From NCBI GenBank assembly GCA_963811165.1, contig CAWEQH010000009.1, forward strand, positions 42,681 to 106,680: a stretch of DNA of 64,000 nt, given 5' to 3'. This stretch comes from an uncultured Nitrospiraceae bacterium (GTDB lineage: Bacteria > Nitrospirota > Thermodesulfovibrionia > Thermodesulfovibrionales > UBA6898). Under the pieces are notes generated by a model. It made no database searches. It worked only from the letters and a program-made list of their open reading frames with translations, and was not told the origin of the DNA. Made by a program: the position numbers and the translations under genes. Positions 59,529 to 64,000 of this stretch are shown here, piece by piece; the stretch's first letter is position 1; each line of letters starts with the position of its first letter.

Positions 59529-59842
59529 GGCCTTTAGTGAGTGGTAGACAATTTACGCCTGCGAAAAACATACTCCGGCGAGGGGAGGGGGATGGTCGGC
59601 TCAACCTACACGTGCAGCTGCCCGCGCTCGTCGTCTCTGTCTCTCTTTCTGTGATGGTTACAGTACAGTTACACATCATCTTTTTATCCCGTTAAATCAG
59701 TAGGTTATAAAGCCACATTGGATATGCAATCCCTCGCCGTTCTTGTCCTGTTCTCTGCCCCTTTGCGTGGACCTGCCCCCGCTCTTCGCCCCTATCTGTG
59801 ATGTGCCCGTATTCGTGCGTGAGTGCGACAGGCACCTTTCCT

Positions 59843-60130
59843 CTATTCCTCGATCTCATGTATCCGTCTCTTTCTTCCCGGTCTGGTCATCTCTGCAGGT
59901 CCCGCTAGGTCGAACAGATTACCGCATGCTTGATACTGCCGAAGGAAGAAGGTAAGGCCGTAACCACAGAAGAAATTAAGGGAAAGCCGTTCTTTCCTGC
60001 ATATGGAATCAATCAAGGCTCTTTGTTCCGGTGATACCTTCAAAGTGAGGCGTCCACCTATGGCACTATGATTCTTTTTCCTGTATTTCTTCTTAAACGA
60101 CTTTATGACTACTACACTCTTTCTGTTCAT
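59843..60130 (-). CDS. Hypothetical basic protein, possible RHH DNA binder
   Basis: RLTLKVSPEQRALIDSICRKERLSLNFF; GGAAGG RBS-like site. Confidence 0.55.
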   Translation of the reverse strand: MNRKSVVVIKSFKKKYRKKNHSAIGGRLTLKVSPEQRALIDSICRKERLSLNFFCGYGLTFFLRQYQACGNLFDLAGPAEMTRPGRKRRIHEIEE

Positions 60131-60193
60131 TTTCCTTCCCCTCCGGGTAGCGGGAACGCAATTTTTCGGGTGAAACGGCCTTGTGGTTTCATT

Positions 60194-60463
60194 TCAGCGG
60201 GTTCCCGGTCTTTCGTCGATGATCCAGCGGTCATTATCCCGAATCACTCTTAAATCGCATTTCCCGCATTTCATGACGGTTCGAGGTCTGTTATTTTCGG
60301 CGCGATCGAGAACGTTCTTGAGTTCGCAGCGCGGACAGTACCAGGTTATTATGACCTTCATCGTCGTTTCGACTTCCTGGCCGTGCAAGGAGGGCGGTTC
60401 CTTCCCTTTGTCGACGTAGCGGGTAATCATAGTCGGCAAGCCGAAAAAGGAATGGGCGTCCAT
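60194..60463 (-). CDS. Hypothetical Zn-ribbon protein
   Basis: ATG at 60463 directly after the upstream stop; WYCPRC..KCGKC. Confidence 0.6.
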   Translation of the reverse strand: MDAHSFFGLPTMITRYVDKGKEPPSLHGQEVETTMKVIITWYCPRCELKNVLDRAENNRPRTVMKCGKCDLRVIRDNDRWIIDERPGTR

Positions 60464-60464
60464 C

Positions 60465-60932
60465 TTATTCCCTTTCCTGTAAGACAGCCCAGGTGCCCGC
60501 CTCATCCTGCTTAAGCCAAAGATGACAGCTATGGCATTGCATAAAACGGCCGACCTCGATATGCCCAGTTCTTTTACCGCGCCGTGCGCTGTGTGTATGA
60601 TAGGGGTCATACACCATACCGGCGTCAAGGGCCACCACTTCGTTTTGGGCTCCGCAGCTGCAACCCCACTGATACTTTTCGACGCGCTCCGTTTCATGGG
60701 CCATGACAACGGTTCCGTCTTCCGTGGTCCAGCGGCCCGGGTCCGTGCGAGTAAGGGAAGTATGGCAAAAGCGGCATCTCGTTTTGAGGGGCTCGTCCTT
60801 GCAATGTATGAAAATATCCTTCTCATTTGATGTCCGGCATTTTGCAGTCGGACACTGAAATTTGACCTTCAAAAACTTCGTTTCGGCTACCTCGACCTTT
60901 TTACTGCTTACACTGGTTGCTGCATTCTTCAT
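60465..60932 (-). CDS. Hypothetical double Zn-ribbon protein
   Basis: AGGAGG RBS; CPTAKC..CRFCH..CSC..CHSCH. Confidence 0.7.
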   Translation of the reverse strand: MKNAATSVSSKKVEVAETKFLKVKFQCPTAKCRTSNEKDIFIHCKDEPLKTRCRFCHTSLTRTDPGRWTTEDGTVVMAHETERVEKYQWGCSCGAQNEVVALDAGMVYDPYHTHSARRGKRTGHIEVGRFMQCHSCHLWLKQDEAGTWAVLQERE

Positions 60933-60978
60933 TGCTGAAACCTCCTATTTGTTATCGTTTATTTAAAGATCATTACTT

Positions 60979-63560
60979 TTAGTATGGTCCGCGTTTGCTC
61001 GCGTCCTGATATGCGGTCTCGAAATCATCCAGGGATGATCCCTTTCTTCCTATATCGAGTTTCGGCATATTCGCTATTTTTGTGTTGATCTCGTCGAGCT
61101 GACTGGAAACGGCGGCGAGTTCTTTTTGCGTGTCCTGAAGACCGGAATTCATTTTACTGGTGATTGCATCCGCTGCCTGTGCGATCGAGGTAGGGAAGTT
61201 TTCGAAGGCCTGCTTAACCAGGTCGACATCACCGGTGGATTTTGCAACCGCATCTTGTTCCTTCCGAAGCTCGTCCATTTGTTTGGTGAAGTCAGTTTCG
61301 GAGATAGCGTTTATCTGCTTTACAACGTCCTGGATGTCGTTAGAGACATTCCCCCCGTACGGTCCTAATTTCAATTGAGACATCGTTTCCAGGATATGCA
61401 GTTGCGCGTTGAGGGCCTTTTCCCGTTGCTCATCTGTCTTCGCTATATCCGCAACCTGTTTCGCTCGTTCGAGTTCGGCGCGTAATAGGTCATCGGCTTG
61501 CCGGGACTCTCCTTGATCAACCAACAGCTTCGCCATTTTCTCAGAGTGAGAGGACGTCTTGTCCATAGCATTTACAACCTTGTTTACCTGTGCCTCGATC
61601 TTCGCGTAGGAGTTTTCAACGGCAACGGCGGCGGTAACGACTTCGCCCAGGGCCTTTTTCACCCGCTCGGGTTCCTGGCCGGCTGCTTTTAGGAGTGCAT
61701 TGGAATCCTGAAGGGCCTTGTTTTCCTTCTCGATTTCCTGAGATAAGGGGATACCCTTTATCCTGTTCAACTTCTCTTCCATCTGAAGGAGAAATTCTGT
61801 CTCTTTCCCGTTCGCCGCTATTTGCTGATCTACCAGGTGATTTAGTTCTTCCTGGAGCTTCAGGGCCTTTTCTTTCTCCTCGTTTGTCTTTTTGCTTCCG
61901 GCGTTGATGTTATATTCAGCAATGGCCTGTTCTTTCGCAAGATCAAGGTTATTCGCGACTCTGAGAATTTTTTCTTCAAGGGTCTGATTCGTTTGAAGGA
62001 GAAGGAGCCGTTCCTTTTCTTCGGAATTCAGTATATCAGCGAATGACTTCGCCAACCTGCACACGAGCCGCCGCCGTCTTTTTGGCCTGGTCTTCAACCT
62101 TCTTCCCGGCATCGGCTATGGCTTCAAGCCCTTTCGCTTCTTTCATAGCCGCGGCCAATACCTCTTCTGCAGTCTTTCCCATAAAGGAATTGGAAATATT
62201 GAAAGCGTTCGCCTTCATGCCCGCTAACCATGCAGCATCGCCGGTTTTTTGATATGCCTGAGTAAGAACAATATTTGCTTGCGACACATCGGCGAATGAT
62301 TTAAAGACCGCTTCCATCGCGGGTGCAATACCTGTCATAGAGTTAGCCGAGACCGCCTCTTTTAAGCGGTTCCACTGCTCAATAAGGGCAGACATGCGCT
62401 GCCCGCTCGTCATATCTGTGTACTTAGCCATACCCTCAGTCGTAAGGACCTTATAGACGCGGTTCAACTCCTCTACGCCTTGAGTATTGGCGACGAGGAC
62501 CCGGAGGGCCCTGGCGTTCACATCTTGTGAAGAGTTCACCAAAAGCACCGACCTCTTTATTAAGAAGGCTCTGATTCTGAGCGAGTTTGTTAATCAACTC
62601 GATCATGTTCAGGGGTTTTGCGGGATCGAGGCCGAGGTTGAAATCTTTGTTCAGCTTCTGCCAGTTCTTTGATACGGCTAGAATCGCCTGAGAAAGGCCC
62701 GTTCCGGCAGTTGATCCAAACAACATCGCGTTATTTGCGACGCTGATTATCGCGGCTGTCTGCTGGATATCGAGCCCCGCCGCCTTTGCCGCACCCCCGG
62801 CGTACTTAAACGCCTGTACCAGGTCGTCGAGCTTGCCCTGAGACTGATTCGTTACATAGGAGAGAATGCCGCCGATCTCCGCAAATTTCTGCTCTGCCGT
62901 GGTAGCATTCTTGATATCCGTTCCAAATTCACGATAAAGGGCGGAAAGAATACGAGTGGTTTGATTAATGTCTTCAGCGCCCGAAACTACAAGCTTCTGA
63001 GCCGTCGCCATAGCCGCAAAGGTATCGGCCTGGGACAGACCTGCCGACTTCAGTTCCCAAAGGATTTCAGCTACTTTTTTATAATCCTGTCCGAATTCGA
63101 TAGAGCCGACAATGAGCTTGCTTTGAATGGCGTCATATAGTTTGCGCGTTCCTTGCAACGTCGATGAAAGCAGAGGATACCCGGTGAATGGCCGAATCCA
63201 TCTCAATGGAGTTATCAACGACTTTTTTAAATGCCTCCCCGATCCCTCCAATGATCGCCCCCCATATCATAATCGAGCCGAAACGGGACGCGGCGATGAA
63301 TTCGAGCTGACCCCTGAAATATTCTGCAGCCGCAGCGGCCTTATCAGTCGAAGCCGCGAATTCCTTCATGCTCTGGATAGGATGAAGACAAGCATCTGAG
63401 AGAATTGCGTGGATTGGCGTGTATTGTCATACATGCTCTTTTCCATGATCTTCAACTTGTCGGAAGTTCCGGCAATAGAGATCATCAGGCGTTTAAGGGC
63501 GCTTTCTACCTCTTCTTCGCCTTTTTGGGAAAATCCTAATCCAATAGTTTCTTCAGACAT
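60979..63560 (-). CDS. Phage tail tape-measure protein (TP901-like core), broken into five ORF pieces
   Basis: LWELKSAGLS, LVQAFKYAGGAAKAAGL and GSTAGTGLSQ motifs; long Ala/Lys/Gln helical C-terminal half; four frame breaks. Confidence 0.8.
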
Positions 63561-63593
63561 TTAAAGTTACTCCCCTCATCCCGTTGTTCTTGG

Positions 63594-63953
63594 TTATGCG
63601 CCGATTGAAGAAATCCTAAAGTGATGCAACAAAGCGAGTCTTGTCAAACTATTCAGGGTAATGCCGTCGAGGGCCTTCAGATCGTCGGCGCTCTCCCATA
63701 CGGGGTTTCCCTGCTCGTCTTCGACGCCGTGAACGAGGCAACATATAAGGATCTCTTTATGGTTGCTGCCCGCCGCACTGAGCTTGGCAATCTCATCACA
63801 AGCCTTTTCATCGAGTGGCTTGAATATCAGCCGGACCGTTTCATTGTCGCCGACAGGGAAATCGACCGGGGTTTTGCGCCGCGAATACTCCAGGATGCTC
63901 TTAGCGAGTTGCCCTGGTAACTTCTTTTCTTTCTGTTTGTCTTTGTCTTCCAT
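63594..63953 (-). CDS. Probable phage tail assembly chaperone
   Basis: Directly upstream of the tape measure; LICCLVHGVEDEQGNPVW..DDLKAL pattern; AGGAGG RBS. Confidence 0.65.
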   Translation of the reverse strand: MEDKDKQKEKKLPGQLAKSILEYSRRKTPVDFPVGDNETVRLIFKPLDEKACDEIAKLSAAGSNHKEILICCLVHGVEDEQGNPVWESADDLKALDGITLNSLTRLALLHHFRISSIGA

Positions 63954-64000
63954 TGTGCTACCTCCTGTTAAAATTGTTTGTCTTCAAAAAGTCCCGCCTG

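Larger units (their letters stand above)
57810..64000 (-). mobile_element. End of a phage-like element integrated at tRNA-Leu (continues beyond the window)
   Basis: Integrase ends 15 nt from the tRNA 3' end; HTH, xis-like, tape-measure and tail-chaperone genes are co-oriented. Confidence 0.85.

Noticed and set aside
60465..60932. c-type cytochrome from two CxxCH motifs
   Set aside because: There is no signal peptide, and the extra Cys pairs fit Zn ribbons better.
60979..63560. Five separate genes or programmed frameshifts in the tape-measure region
   Set aside because: The pieces join into one protein with small indels and I see no slippery heptamers at the breaks. Error versus decay cannot be resolved without reads.

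Overview
64 kb of bacterial chromosome. Gene content and order suggest a Nitrospirota or deltaproteobacterial anaerobe (inference). Housekeeping blocks are pgpA-cinA-thpR-recA-pilT-recX-alaS, lysS-lolC/E-lolD, trmFO-xerC-hslVU-rlpA-fmdE-argB-rmuC-mtgA and nifU-nifS. Between them lie a tripartite RND pump, an integrase-less integron cassette array (three attC sites plus a probable attI), and a copper island. The island has cusCBA-like genes facing a second operon for an FMN-binding-fold protein and a membrane 4Fe-4S protein, and each operon is led by a Met-rich YtkA/FixH-like paralog. The window also has a degenerate VapBC pair and one end of a phage-like element in tRNA-Leu(TAA), where a tape-measure gene lies almost next to the xis/int module. 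A 120-140 nt structured intergenic repeat with a conserved core and variable stems occurs three times. Single-base frameshifts in recA, xerC, the RND permease and the tape-measure gene suggest long-read assembly errors, so pseudogene calls are provisional. All product calls come from motif recognition, not database searches.
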